NCBI GenBank assembly: GCA_050953065.1
Contig: JBMNLZ010000002.1
Location: 575,748 to 639,747, forward strand
Length of the DNA stretch: 64,000 nucleotides
Origin: Bacilli bacterium
Lineage (GTDB): Bacteria > Bacillota_I > Bacilli_A > ML615J-28 > CAG-698
Direction of reading: 5' to 3'
This document shows positions 63,818 through 64,000 of this stretch, piece by piece. Numbering within the stretch: the first letter of the stretch is position 1; every line of letters begins with the position of its first letter. The notes below the pieces were generated by a model. The model saw only the letters and a list, made by a program, of their open reading frames with translations. It was not told where the DNA came from and made no database searches. Made by a program: the position numbers and the translations under genes.

Positions 63818-64000
63818 TTACCTGCTATGATAAGCCGGCAGGCATCTCTTACAACCGTCATAGCCACGATTTACCGCATCATTTAACAAATGGTAACCCC
63901 GTTGATGTTCTTCATAGGTATCCATCAGGGAATCACACCCGAGCTTATGTATCTCTCCGTTATTAATATTGACTATATACTTGGGTACATAAGGGACATG
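63818..64000 (-). CDS. Partial CDS ending in an Ada-metal-binding-like domain
   Basis: Open from the window edge: HVPYVPKYIVNINNGEIHKLGCDSL..DAVNRGYDGCKRCLPAYHSR*; H..C and GY..CKRC pattern. Confidence 0.6.
   Translation of the reverse strand, partial: HVPYVPKYIVNINNGEIHKLGCDSLMDTYEEHQRGYHLLNDAVNRGYDGCKRCLPAYHSR

Overview
Very AT-rich bacterial chromosomal segment using the standard genetic code (TGA ends rluA; Trp is TGG). Gene content and order look like a reduced Bacilli/Acholeplasmatales-type genome (inference). Most of the window is housekeeping: RNA modification, SRP (ftsY-ylxM-ffh), topA, ruvAB, queA/tgt, ftsZ, gpmI-eno, rsmB-rlmN-rsgA-rpe-rpmB-fakA-recG-plsX-rnc and gmk-rpoZ-priA-fmt. 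Clear regulatory elements are a Trp T-box before a stand-alone trpB, a CIRCE operator on the htpG promoter and a THF riboswitch before a folate ECF S-component. The oddities are: an orphan surface protein/lipoprotein/fused BY-kinase (Walker A Gly->Phe)/HAD operon facing a secreted glycoside hydrolase; a PriA with eroded helicase motifs; fmt split at an A_AAA_AAG heptamer; Shine-Dalgarno sites separated from their start codons by hairpins (ftsZ, oadA); ruvA divergent from ruvB; and an abrupt switch to higher-GC foreign DNA at a GATC (63457), probably a chimeric junction. I saw no CRISPR array, tRNA, rRNA, transposase or prophage. All calls come from motif recognition by eye; no database searches were run.
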